DNA of 64,000 bases. It comes from the human T2T-CHM13v2.0 reference genome, Homo sapiens. The notes under the pieces were generated by a model, which searched no databases, was not told the DNA's origin, and worked only from the letters and a program-made list of their open reading frames with translations. The stretch lies in the NCBI RefSeq assembly GCF_009914755.1, contig NC_060927.1; one strand, written 5' to 3'. Shown here piece by piece: positions 63,441 to 64,000 of this stretch. Within the stretch, counting starts at the first letter, position 1; the number at the start of each line of letters is the position of its first letter. The position numbers and the translations under genes were made by a program.

Positions 63441-64000
63441 GGCTTCTCCAGGCCCGTGACATCTGCTGTCTCCTGCATTCTCCAGGCCCTGACATCTGCT
63501 GTCCCCTAGATTCTCCAGGCCCATGACATCTGCTGTCCCCTGGCTTCTCCAGGCCCATGACATCTGCTGTCCCCTGGCTTCTCCAGGCTGTGACATCTCC
63601 TGTCCCCTGGCTTCTCCAGGCCCGTGACATCTGCTGTCCCCTAGATTCTCCAGGCCCGTGACATCTGCTGTCCCCTGGCTTCTCCAGGCCCATGACATCT
63701 GCTGTCCCCTGGCTTCTCCAGGCCCATGACATCTCCTGTCCCCTGGCTTCTCCAGGCCCATGACATCTGCTGTCCCCTGGCTCCTCCAGACCCACGACAT
63801 TTGCTGTCCCCTGGATTCTCCAGGCTGTGACATCTGCTGTCCCCTGGCTTCTCCAGGCCCGCAACATCTCCTGTCCCCTGGCTTCTCCAGGCTAGTGACA
63901 TCTGCTGCCCCCTGGCTTCTCCAGGCGCATGACATCTACTGTCCCTTGGCTTCTCCAGGCCCATGACATCTGCTGACCCCTGCATTCTCCAGACCAGTGA
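63441..64000. repeat. 34-bp GC-rich minisatellite (VNTR), at least 16 copies, running off the window
   Basis: Unit CCAGGCCCATGACATCTGCTGTCCCCTGGCTTCT with variant units. Confidence 0.95.

Noticed and set aside
63324-63985. Repetitive 203, 166 and 114-aa ORFs
   Set aside because: Translation of the 34-bp VNTR; the unit length is not a multiple of 3 and the same peptides appear in all frames

Overview
Primate (almost certainly human) genomic DNA, dominated by interspersed repeats: about 20 Alus, nested old L1M fragments, one L1PA 3' fragment, MIR/L2, MaLR/ERV LTRs and hAT/mariner MITEs. I find no credible protein-coding exon, RNA gene or CRISPR array; the listed ORFs come from repeats or from high GC content. 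The main functional landmark is a CpG island at about 51.1-51.85 kb with a strong + strand splice donor (CCG|GTGAGT, 51493/51494). This suggests a non-coding first exon of a gene I cannot name, with 51.5-64 kb as intron 1 and 1-51 kb as upstream or intergenic sequence. The most unusual structures are: (i) a 38-bp VNTR built from a perfect 34-bp palindrome (40.8-41.4 kb); (ii) an inverted copy of about 185 bp of local sequence inserted into a MIR (44.4 kb versus 45.7 kb) plus other template-switch-like scars; (iii) a foreign segment interrupting an old L1 and an Alu (9.46-11.06 kb); (iv) repeat-derived arrays of TF motifs (CCAAT at 33.9 kb; E-box/TGACA VNTR at 63.4 kb); (v) a young AluY with a 12-bp deletion. 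I see no convincing new biological system; these are mutational-mechanism and regulatory candidates. Repeat subfamily names are from memory of consensus sequences, and old-repeat boundaries are approximate.
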